IMG/VR virus record: IMGVR_UViG_3300021387_000661
Location: 32,001-96,000 of that record
DNA: 64,000 nt
From: a virus
Lineage: Duplodnaviria > Caudoviricetes
Strand: one strand, 5' to 3'
The notes below the pieces were generated by a model, which was given only the letters and a program-made list of their open reading frames with translations, had not been told where the DNA came from and did no database searches. How positions within the stretch are numbered: the first letter of the stretch is position 1; every line of letters starts with the position of its first letter. The translations under genes and the position numbers were made by a program. Of the stretch, positions 40,013 to 48,795 are shown piece after piece.

Positions 40013-42769
40013 ATGAGTACAACCAATGAATCAATATGGAATGACATCAGGAGAAGAGGTAATGGTTCTGATGTGAAGAAAGAAGATGATGTGAATCTTC
40101 TAGATATAGATGGACTCTATGATTATATCAAATCCAAATATGAGAAATATGTATTTGATTTAGATAAGGACACATTTGGTATATTAAATAAAAGGAATAT
40201 TGTTGTAGATATAATATCCAATGTGAGTCTGTTTACATCATATGATAAAAGTGGTAAATTGGATCACATTCTTTTATCTTGGACAAAAGTAAAGATAGGA
40301 ATGCCATTCTTTGATAAACTTTCAGAAAGGTTTAATGTACAATCACCAAATGTGTGTAGAAGAAGGATTACTGAAAAGGATGGTACCTGTACAAACCAGA
40401 CATATATAGATGTTATTGATTTCTTTTTGAAAAATATGGACAATATGTTAGTTAATGAATCAATATGGAATGACATTAGAAGAAGAGGTAATGGTGATGG
40501 CGTCAAGCAGGAAGAATTTACAGAAGAATTTATAGATAAAGTAAAATCGGATTTAATTTGTTTTACTATGTCAGTTGTAAATTATATAGAGAATTATGAA
40601 CTGACATTTGATGGTTTTTACAAGTATTTGGAAGAAATTGAGAATCCAGATGAAGTCAAAAAAATCATTTATTATGTAAAAACTCATAAAGATGAATGTG
40701 ATAAACTTTTAGAAAAAGACATCAAATTTGAAAATAAATTACTAGATGAAAAGATTAATGTCTATTTATTGAGATTTGTTGACAATATTGTATATGATGA
40801 AAAGTATCATAATACATTGTCAGATATAAAAAAGTTTGCATCTGAAATTTTTAAAGGACATAAAAGTTCATATGATTTCCATATAAACAAAAAACTGGTT
40901 TTTAAGGATAAGTCTGAATTGTTTAATGACTATATTGAAGATAAATGGGAAGACGGTTCTCTTAAACAAAAGATTGATGATTTGATTAAAAATGAAAATG
41001 ATGAAATATCCAAATATGGATTTGTAAAAGAACCAGGAAAAACCATATCTGAAACAGTTAATGATTGGTGGTATTCATTGGATGAAGACAAAAGAAATGA
41101 TTTGGGATGGGATGAATTTGGAGAAGATGCAGAAGGAGAATACTATTCAGATCACAATCCTGATTATAATGAATATACTGGTGAAGATTTTGAAGCAGAT
41201 GAGTGGTGGGATGATGCATATGGTATAAGAAGGGTTAAAATCTATTGTAGTGAACATTCAAAAACAAATGAGTCAGTTTGGGGTGACATCAGGAAACAAG
41301 GTCTTGGAGATACCTTAAAGAAAGAAGATGATCCATTTGTAGATAGAGATATAGATTCTTTATCCAAGTATGAGTTCTGTGATTATTTGAATTTTCATTA
41401 TGAACCACTTATGGGAAGGAGTATTCACACAAATGAACATACAAGAGAAGTGACAATACCTATATACATCCATCAAGGATATGCACATATGTATGCAACA
41501 TTTAATGATGATTCAAAACTTGTAGATATAAGTCTTCCTCTTACACAAAAAAATCCTCCAAGATTATATAATAGGATGTGCAAGAAATTTAATGTTATCC
41601 ACACAAGGCCACACTGGTCATATATTAAACCAATTGATGGTGATGAATTGACCAATACATTTTGTCTTGAAGTGATTGATTTTATTCTTGAGAATGTTAA
41701 TCATCCTTTACTGAAAAAGATTGTCTTACACAAGGTGAAAAAATTAAATGAATCAGTTTGGGGTGACATCAGAAAAAGAGGTAATGGTACTGATGTAAAG
41801 AAAGAAGATGAGATGACACAAGATGATTTGGAAGCACTTAATGATTTTATATTTGGATTTGCAACAAGAGTAGTATGGGATGGAGTGAGGGATTCTTTGA
41901 CAAATTTCTTAAAATATATTGATGAAAATCCTGAAGCACTTGACTGTGACATTGATAGGGTAAAGAAGTATGTTGAAGATAATTGGCATAAAAGTATATG
42001 TGATGATGTTGAAGCAGCAATAGAACAGGAAGATAAGGAAAAAGAAGAAGGTATGAATGAATCCATTTGGAATGACATCAGAAGAAGAGGTAATGGTACT
42101 GATGTAAGGAAAGAAGATGATATGACTTCTGATGATTATAGGAATTTGAAGGTAATATTGAAGATGTTTGGTCGTGAGGTCAGATTCTTTGGTAATCATA
42201 AAAACCAGAAATTCTTTCCAGTAAATGCCAAGAAATATGAAATTACTCTTGAAGACTGTTTGTATTTCATTGATGTACTTGTTGACGGTAAATTTACGGG
42301 TGCTGATTTTTCTAAACTGAAAAGATATATTGAAGTAAATTGGGAACGAGACCCTATGATTAAGAACATTATACAATGGACTGTTGATGGTAAAAATTCA
42401 AAAGAAATTGACCAAGAAATCAGGAATGCCTCAAAAAGTGATGAGTTTTGGGATTTGAATGAATGTGATGGTGTCCCTGGTGGATTAACACCTGCTGATG
42501 TAGGTGGAATGGGATCTGCATATTTTCCTGGACCAAATGGAGAACCTGGTTCCGGAGACCTTCCATTGCCAACTGGAATAGTTTATAAACAAGTTGCACC
42601 TTTTGATACATTTATCAAAATGAGAAGACCAAAAAAGAATAAAAAGAAAAAGTTCAGAAAGGAAGATGAACTATGTGTTCATAGTGAAAATCCACCAATA
42701 TATAGTCATGTTGATGATTTTAGAGATTATGTGGATAGGACATATAATAATATTGATAAAAGGAAATAA
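40013..42769 (+). CDS. 918-aa putative polyprotein with five WxDIR(R/K)xG tags
   Basis: Probable start ATG 40013 (MSTTNESIWND), just after late promoter 40000-40007. Tags at 40025, 40454, 41267, 41747 and 42056. Confidence 0.85.
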   Translation: MSTTNESIWNDIRRRGNGSDVKKEDDVNLLDIDGLYDYIKSKYEKYVFDLDKDTFGILNKRNIVVDIISNVSLFTSYDKSGKLDHILLSWTKVKIGMPFFDKLSERFNVQSPNVCRRRITEKDGTCTNQTYIDVIDFFLKNMDNMLVNESIWNDIRRRGNGDGVKQEEFTEEFIDKVKSDLICFTMSVVNYIENYELTFDGFYKYLEEIENPDEVKKIIYYVKTHKDECDKLLEKDIKFENKLLDEKINVYLLRFVDNIVYDEKYHNTLSDIKKFASEIFKGHKSSYDFHINKKLVFKDKSELFNDYIEDKWEDGSLKQKIDDLIKNENDEISKYGFVKEPGKTISETVNDWWYSLDEDKRNDLGWDEFGEDAEGEYYSDHNPDYNEYTGEDFEADEWWDDAYGIRRVKIYCSEHSKTNESVWGDIRKQGLGDTLKKEDDPFVDRDIDSLSKYEFCDYLNFHYEPLMGRSIHTNEHTREVTIPIYIHQGYAHMYATFNDDSKLVDISLPLTQKNPPRLYNRMCKKFNVIHTRPHWSYIKPIDGDELTNTFCLEVIDFILENVNHPLLKKIVLHKVKKLNESVWGDIRKRGNGTDVKKEDEMTQDDLEALNDFIFGFATRVVWDGVRDSLTNFLKYIDENPEALDCDIDRVKKYVEDNWHKSICDDVEAAIEQEDKEKEEGMNESIWNDIRRRGNGTDVRKEDDMTSDDYRNLKVILKMFGREVRFFGNHKNQKFFPVNAKKYEITLEDCLYFIDVLVDGKFTGADFSKLKRYIEVNWERDPMIKNIIQWTVDGKNSKEIDQEIRNASKSDEFWDLNECDGVPGGLTPADVGGMGSAYFPGPNGEPGSGDLPLPTGIVYKQVAPFDTFIKMRRPKKNKKKKFRKEDELCVHSENPPIYSHVDDFRDYVDRTYNNIDKRK
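40025..42121 (+). repeat. Five dispersed ~66-bp repeats encoding NES(I/V)W(N/G)DIR(R/K)xG.G...K(K/Q)E(D/E)
   Basis: Copies at 40025-40090, 40454-40519, 41267-41332, 41747-41812, 42056-42121. Confidence 0.92.
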
Positions 42770-42772
42770 TTG

Positions 42773-42802
42773 AAAAGGAGTGGAGTTATCTACTCTTTTT
42801 TT
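42773..42802 (+). terminator. Terminator fused to late promoter CATAAATA (42804)
   Basis: GAGTGGA-GTTA-TCTACTC plus T-run. Confidence 0.7.
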
Positions 42803-42840
42803 ACATAAATATCTGTATAGAATGATATGATAAAAAAATT

Positions 42841-43788
42841 ATGGCAGATACCCTTGAAAACTCAATATCACATATTCAGGTAGGCAGTGAACTTCATCCA
42901 GTAGATGCAACTTTTTTAAATGGTAAACAAGACAGTGATTTTCAGGAAAAAAATATAGTCACAACTATAAATTCCGGTTCTACACATTCACAGTATCCAT
43001 CAGCAAGGGCAGTCAACAATAAGATAGCAGCATTGACAGGAGATGCCGCTATTGCATCAGAGGAAAATGGAGTTGTTACATTGAAGGCAGGAGTCGTTGA
43101 AACATCAGGTGTTATTTCCAACAGTAACACATCAGATATCATACTTCATAAGGTTGCAACAACCGGCTCTCCTAATGACATCACAGTTACATATAATGAA
43201 GAGACAGTTTCTTTGCAGACTGCCTTGGCAAATATCAAGACAGGTATTGACACTGCTGCATCAACAGGTACACAGTATATCATATCTACATCCAGGGCAA
43301 CAACACCTAACTCTACCACATATAATGGCCAGACTGGTACACTGTCACCATCATCTACAACAGCAGGTAAGGTATATCTTGTATCCAATGGCAATGACTC
43401 ATATGTTCAGTGGATTACGACACAAAGTGGAAGTAACTATTCTTGGACAAGTCTTGGAAGTACCACTGTTGACCTTTCTGGTGTTGTGAAAATCATCACT
43501 CTTAATGGTAGGCAGTATGCTGTTTCTTCAGGCACCACCCTTATTGACCTTGGCTATGTAGTCACCTCTGTGACGGGTCAGTCTACAATTGCAAACGGAA
43601 ATACTACATATGTTCATACGGTTACAACCACAACCACAGACACATCCACAGGTACAGATACAGTGACTTTGGAGACACAGGCAAAGATGGGTAATGTTGG
43701 AAACAATATTGCAGGACTTGCAGAAGCGACAGATGTGAAGGCAAATTTGGATAATAAGATAATAATAAGGACTTGGTCATCTAATTAA
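42841..43788 (+). CDS. Tail fibre / structural protein (Thr/Ser-rich)
   Basis: HKVATTGS, GKVYLV...YVQWI...WTSLGSTTVDLS fibre-type motifs, late promoter. Confidence 0.65.
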   Translation: MADTLENSISHIQVGSELHPVDATFLNGKQDSDFQEKNIVTTINSGSTHSQYPSARAVNNKIAALTGDAAIASEENGVVTLKAGVVETSGVISNSNTSDIILHKVATTGSPNDITVTYNEETVSLQTALANIKTGIDTAASTGTQYIISTSRATTPNSTTYNGQTGTLSPSSTTAGKVYLVSNGNDSYVQWITTQSGSNYSWTSLGSTTVDLSGVVKIITLNGRQYAVSSGTTLIDLGYVVTSVTGQSTIANGNTTYVHTVTTTTTDTSTGTDTVTLETQAKMGNVGNNIAGLAEATDVKANLDNKIIIRTWSSN

Positions 43789-43790
43789 TT

Positions 43791-44105
43791 ATGAGTTTAT
43801 ATATTGGAAATAAAAAAGTTAGACAGGTTGGGGTTGTGTTTGCAGAAGGTGATACATCTCAATTGAAAGCTGAGAATATCAAGTCAGGAACATCAATACT
43901 TGGTATAAGCGGTACATACACAGGTTCTTCAACACTTGGTGGTGGTGAATCACCAATTACATCAGATACTGTAGTGAGTGGTTATTCCGGTTGGGTTGAT
44001 GGTGTAAAGGTTGAAGGTGGTTTGGATATCAATGTCTATTATACTGGATCATCTGAACCAACATCAGATATTGGAAATGATGGTGATATATATCTTAAGA
44101 AATAA
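43791..44105 (+). CDS. Small tail-fibre-associated protein
   Basis: LKAENIKSGTSILGISGT and YTGSSEPTSDIGNDGDIYL motifs. Confidence 0.7.
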   Translation: MSLYIGNKKVRQVGVVFAEGDTSQLKAENIKSGTSILGISGTYTGSSTLGGGESPITSDTVVSGYSGWVDGVKVEGGLDINVYYTGSSEPTSDIGNDGDIYLKK

Positions 44106-44833
44106 TGATTATGGAAAAGAATATTGCATTGGCTATACAGAAAGAGAAACAATACATTTATGATAAGACACATACAGACAATGTGTTTTTGAATATACAT
44201 AATTATCTTGCAGAAGCAGGATATACAGATTTGGATGAATATAGAAAGGATGCAAAGGATTATTGGGTTAAATCACAGAATTATGAAGTTGTTGAAGAAC
44301 CTGTAATCAATGCAGATGTACCTGTACCTTATTTGACAAATGGAACGCCTGCATTTTTATATACAATCAATTGTGCATATAATTATGCATTCATTCCAAT
44401 GAGTTATACCAATTATGAATTATTGGAACAATATGGTTATACACCTGTTAAACTTGGGTATGAAAATTCAAATGGACCAATCCTTTCAGTAAATGGTGAC
44501 TTGAGGATTTATCTTATGTTTAAAAAGAATGAATATATTGAGATAACATATCATTATTTTTTGATTAAGTTGAAGGAGTATCTTGATGACTATTTTGATG
44601 ATGTTGCAATAAGTAACAATGACATATTGATTAATGGCGAGAAGGTACTTGGTGGTGCAATGATTGAACTTAATGGAATGTTGATAGTTGTATTCCAGAT
44701 TAATTTTGTCAACAAGAGAGAAGACATCATCAACATTTGTGGAATTACTCCTAAAATTCCTGGATGTGTTGATTCATCTGTTGTGACTGCTGAACAAATA
44801 AAAAATGAATTTTTAACATGGCTTACACTATAA
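44105..44833 (+). CDS. Lipoate/biotin-protein-ligase (LplA/LipB/BPL) fold protein
   Basis: NNDILINGEKVLGG resembles LplA RND(I/L).I.G.K..G. Confidence 0.6.
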   Translation: MIMEKNIALAIQKEKQYIYDKTHTDNVFLNIHNYLAEAGYTDLDEYRKDAKDYWVKSQNYEVVEEPVINADVPVPYLTNGTPAFLYTINCAYNYAFIPMSYTNYELLEQYGYTPVKLGYENSNGPILSVNGDLRIYLMFKKNEYIEITYHYFLIKLKEYLDDYFDDVAISNNDILINGEKVLGGAMIELNGMLIVVFQINFVNKREDIINICGITPKIPGCVDSSVVTAEQIKNEFLTWLTL

Positions 44834-45309
44834 ATCTTTATCCAACAAGTGATATTTCTTTCAGACATGAATCCAGTAGTGGAAATACTGGTTATAATAT
44901 GATAAATGAGACAGAACCTGATGAGGGTACAACATATATTCAGCAGGAATTGAGTAGCAATAATACAACTGTTATATCACAGTTTAATTGTGCTGCTGCA
45001 ACGGAGGATCCATCAAGACCAACAGGTAAAATAAAGGTAAGGAGTGTAAAAGTTGAAACATATTGGGGTTCTGTTGGTCAAAATGTTAGGTCTGTTACAG
45101 GTACATTGACAACAAGTGTTGCATTTGGTGATGGGAGTTATACTGCTGCCAGTTCAACAGATACACGAAATTCAACTACTATAAGTTATACACTTACAAA
45201 TTCAACATTCAATAATTTATCCATTGTTGGGACAGTATTTGAAAATATTGATGCTCTTGAAGCAAAATTACAATTAAGTACATCTGGTAGATATACCTCA
45301 TCAAATTAA
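44818..45309 (+). CDS. Tail-fibre-region protein, N-terminal part (possibly split from the next ORF)
   Basis: Ends at TAA, in frame with the ATG six nucleotides later. Confidence 0.55.
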   Translation: MAYTINLYPTSDISFRHESSSGNTGYNMINETEPDEGTTYIQQELSSNNTTVISQFNCAAATEDPSRPTGKIKVRSVKVETYWGSVGQNVRSVTGTLTTSVAFGDGSYTAASSTDTRNSTTISYTLTNSTFNNLSIVGTVFENIDALEAKLQLSTSGRYTSSN

Positions 45310-45315
45310 TACATT

Positions 45316-46242
45316 ATGGGTTGGAATACTGCTGTTGGTGGATTAAGAATATCCACATCACATATTGTTCTTGAATATGACTTGGTATTTGATTGTAAGG
45401 CTGAAATCATATCAGGTCATGGTATATCATCAGTGACACCTTCAACAAATCAGGAAGTAGTTGAGGGTGAGAGTTGTACATTTACTGCAACTCTTGAATC
45501 ATCTGAATGGGTATTTGTTGGATGGTATTCATCATCTGATTTTTCTGGTTCTCCGGAATCAACAAGTTTGTCATACACAAAGACAATTACGGAGAACACT
45601 ACATTATATCCAAAGGCAATACACAAGAACAATATACATATATATGGTAATACAGACAGATTCACATATGTATTATCAAGTACATCTGCTCTTGAAAATG
45701 CACAGGTTACACTGACAGTAACACCAACAAACAGTATATATCAGTTCAGTAGTATATATGAGGCTGATGTCAATGGTAACAAGACTGCTGTACATATATC
45801 CAATGACAATCCATATACATTCACAATGCCAGATAATGATGTGTATTTATATGTTGAGGTTGGTAAGAAAGTAAATGTGTATGTTAATTGTCAGAATTGT
45901 CAATTGAGTACAGGTACATCTCCTATAGAGAGTAGTGGTGGTAAAATGGAGACCATAACAATAACATATGATTCTGAATCTGCTGATTGGTCTGGTATAT
46001 ATTCGGACAGGAATTATACAAATAAAGTATCTGACACTACAACATATACTTTTATGGTTGGTGAAAGTGATGTTTATTTGTATGCAAAGGCAATATCAAA
46101 ACAACAGATATATGTGAAGGAGAATGGGGTTTGGGAAGCATATTCAAAAGTATATGTGAAGGAGAATGGTACCTGGGTTGAGAAAACAGATCCATCAGAG
46201 ATATTTGATATTATAAAGAAATATAAAAGAGTAACAGTATGA
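45316..46242 (+). CDS. InlB B-repeat-like structural/fibre protein
   Basis: Three repeats (FVGWYS...YT.TI....TLY), C-terminal YVKENG.W twice. Confidence 0.65.
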   Translation: MGWNTAVGGLRISTSHIVLEYDLVFDCKAEIISGHGISSVTPSTNQEVVEGESCTFTATLESSEWVFVGWYSSSDFSGSPESTSLSYTKTITENTTLYPKAIHKNNIHIYGNTDRFTYVLSSTSALENAQVTLTVTPTNSIYQFSSIYEADVNGNKTAVHISNDNPYTFTMPDNDVYLYVEVGKKVNVYVNCQNCQLSTGTSPIESSGGKMETITITYDSESADWSGIYSDRNYTNKVSDTTTYTFMVGESDVYLYAKAISKQQIYVKENGVWEAYSKVYVKENGTWVEKTDPSEIFDIIKKYKRVTV

Positions 46243-47306
46243 GAAGTAATGATACACAAGTAGGTCAGCTTGTCATCAATCTTGTAGAAACAAAAAGTCA
46301 GTTTGATGAAATAGCAAGTCAGGAAGGATTGAATGCAAATGAACTTTATCTTATATCCAATGATAATTCAGATCCATTGGTTAGGGTGAGTTATGCAAAT
46401 TCAAAAATCAGTTATACAACAGAAGGAGGTTCTACTGTTGATGTTATTAGTATATCCAATCTTAAATCTGAACTAGGTTTAACAAATGTTGCAACTGATG
46501 GTTCATATTCTTCATTGACTTCAAAACCACAAATTAATGGTGTTGAATTGACTGGAAACAAGACAACAAGTGATTTGGGTATATCATTGAATTATGCAAC
46601 AACACAGATAACAAATAAACCAAGTATTAATAGTGTTACTCTTACTGGTAATTTGACAACATCAGATTTGAATATCAGTTATGGTGATTTGAAAAATCTT
46701 CCTACAATTCCTACTGTATCAAGTACATATGTAACTGGTAATACAGGTGCTGCACTTACATCTGCCGGCGTTGACCAGGCACTTGAAAATTATGTACCAA
46801 AGACCAGGACTGTAAAGGGTGTTGGTGCTCTTGGTGGTGGTGGTGAATTAACAAGTAATAGGGAAATTACCCATAAAGATGCTCCAACAGGATTGTCAAC
46901 ATCGGCAGTAAAGATTGGAACAGATAGATATGGTCATGTTTGTCTTGGTGGTTCAATAACAGCAGAAGATGTAGGTGCAATTCCACTTTCATTATCATTA
47001 TCTGGAACTGCAACAAATATTGATGGTTCAAAGACAAATATTGTTGTATTTGGTCAGCAGTCTGAAACATTTGGTTTTTCTACAACACCTACATTGGGTA
47101 AGACCACCACAATACATTATGTAAATGAGACAGAGAATGCAATAAGCCTAACTATTCCTTACAACTTGGTAAACACCACATATTATAATGGTCAGAAATT
47201 GACAGCAAACAAAGTGGTGTCTATTCCAGTCAATACAAGTAAGAGATTTGATGTGTTGCTTGTACAGAATGGTTCAAATGTTTATGCAATGATAAATGAA
47301 TTATAA
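46239..47306 (+). CDS. Tail fibre protein
   Basis: KP(Q/S)IN(G/S)V.LTGN.TTSDL.I repeats, L.GGG.L...R.I.H, DRYGHV motifs. Confidence 0.7.
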   Translation: MRSNDTQVGQLVINLVETKSQFDEIASQEGLNANELYLISNDNSDPLVRVSYANSKISYTTEGGSTVDVISISNLKSELGLTNVATDGSYSSLTSKPQINGVELTGNKTTSDLGISLNYATTQITNKPSINSVTLTGNLTTSDLNISYGDLKNLPTIPTVSSTYVTGNTGAALTSAGVDQALENYVPKTRTVKGVGALGGGGELTSNREITHKDAPTGLSTSAVKIGTDRYGHVCLGGSITAEDVGAIPLSLSLSGTATNIDGSKTNIVVFGQQSETFGFSTTPTLGKTTTIHYVNETENAISLTIPYNLVNTTYYNGQKLTANKVVSIPVNTSKRFDVLLVQNGSNVYAMINEL

Positions 47307-47336
47307 CACATAAATATTGTATAAAAAGTATAGATT

Positions 47337-48194
47337 ATGAAGATATTTGGATTTGATGACTATCAGGTCTTGAATGAAAGTTTCAAGAGTGGTAAATTAA
47401 GAAATATTATCCAGCAGCATGGAATGCCAAAGTATGATTTGGACAGGAAGTTTCTTTATGACCTCCAGGATGATGATATTCTTGGTGTTATGGATTTTGA
47501 TGAGTGGTATGATTTTCACAGGGATAATAAGAATAGTTATCATATTGCCCTGGAAGATGGTAAGTATCTTGTACTTGGAAACATTGATACATTGAAGTAT
47601 TATGCTGATGATGAGGATTTCCAGGAAGAGTTTAAGAAAAGAAGGGATGAAAGACATCCTGGAAATGAACTCAATGATATTCCTTCATATGAAAGGGAAA
47701 AAGCCCTTGAAGATGAGACTACAAAACACTTCAGGGAGAAGAAGAATGAACTGGAACATAAGAGAAATCTTGAGACATTCAAGACCAATCTTGGTGACAA
47801 TCTTGGAAAACTTGCAGAGACTATAAGGGAAACTTTTGAATCAAATATAGAAGGCAAGATTTCAGACCTTGTTTTAGAATATAATGATAGTGTTTCTACA
47901 GAAATATCTGATGTCTTTGATGTTGAGTTTATGGGTATAACATATAATATTGATTATGATTATACCATCAATATTTCTGATGGATACAAAAAGTATGGTG
48001 CAACATATTATGATGTCACCATATCACCAAAGACAGCAAGAGTATATGATGATGAACTTGGTGATACATTTGATGTAACTGAACTCTTTGATGATCCAAG
48101 TGCTTTGCTGGCAGATTATGATATTGATGATGTGGAAGGAGAGATTTCTGACTACTATAAGTATTATGGTGTAAGCAGAGGAGATTTCTTTTAA
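47337..48194 (+). CDS. Putative head-internal acidic protein
   Basis: MKIFGFDDYQVLNE^S CTS-like start, late promoter 47309. Confidence 0.7.
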   Translation: MKIFGFDDYQVLNESFKSGKLRNIIQQHGMPKYDLDRKFLYDLQDDDILGVMDFDEWYDFHRDNKNSYHIALEDGKYLVLGNIDTLKYYADDEDFQEEFKKRRDERHPGNELNDIPSYEREKALEDETTKHFREKKNELEHKRNLETFKTNLGDNLGKLAETIRETFESNIEGKISDLVLEYNDSVSTEISDVFDVEFMGITYNIDYDYTINISDGYKKYGATYYDVTISPKTARVYDDELGDTFDVTELFDDPSALLADYDIDDVEGEISDYYKYYGVSRGDFF

Positions 48195-48232
48195 TGAATA
48201 ATTTTATAAATAAATAAAATAATAGTTAAAGT

Positions 48233-48709
48233 ATGGCATACATTAAGAAATTTAGTGAATTTATAAAAGAATCCATAGATTTTGATTCTTTTGAAGATAT
48301 CAATAGTTTAAGTATTGATGATATTTGTGATTATCTGATAAATGTGTATCCTAAATATCAGAATCCTAATAATCGCCATTATCAATATCCAACAAAAGAT
48401 ATTATTAAACCAAGTGATGATGGAATTTCTATGCAGATTGTAACAAATGTTGACTTTATTATAAGTAATACAAGAGGTCAATATGAATGTTTTTTATATT
48501 TTGATAAAGGATTTCCTGAAGAAAAGAAAAGAGGTTATTTTGATGTAATTACTGATATATGTTCTTTAGAAAAAGATAATGTTGAAGGATTTGAATGTAT
48601 TAAAGTAAGTCCTCTTGATAGTAAAGTTCTCACTCTTGATTTTTGTGTTAATGTTATAGATAGAATTAGTGAAAGTGACCCTGATAATGCATATTATATA
48701 AAGGCATAA
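48233..48709 (+). CDS. Putative head-internal protein, paralog of polyprotein units 1 and 3
   Basis: MAYIKKFSEFIKE^S; DINSLSIDDICDYL...TLDFCVNVID matches DIDSLSKYEFCDYL...TNTFCLEVID. Confidence 0.7.
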   Translation: MAYIKKFSEFIKESIDFDSFEDINSLSIDDICDYLINVYPKYQNPNNRHYQYPTKDIIKPSDDGISMQIVTNVDFIISNTRGQYECFLYFDKGFPEEKKRGYFDVITDICSLEKDNVEGFECIKVSPLDSKVLTLDFCVNVIDRISESDPDNAYYIKA

Positions 48710-48729
48710 ATTTTAGTTAGTAATAAGAT

Positions 48730-48760
48730 AAAAGAGCGGGATTTCAATCTCACTCTTTTT
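48730..48760 (+). terminator. Terminator fused to late promoter (48761)
   Basis: AAAAGAGCGGGAT...ATCTCACTCTTTTT. Confidence 0.7.
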
Positions 48761-48795
48761 CATAAATACTATATTGAAAATATATAGTTAATATT

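Noticed and set aside
31650-42769. Tag repeats as a CRISPR array or DGR template/variable repeats
   Set aside because: Copies are in-frame, protein-coding, spaced hundreds of bp apart and vary at synonymous positions; no cas or RT gene in the window
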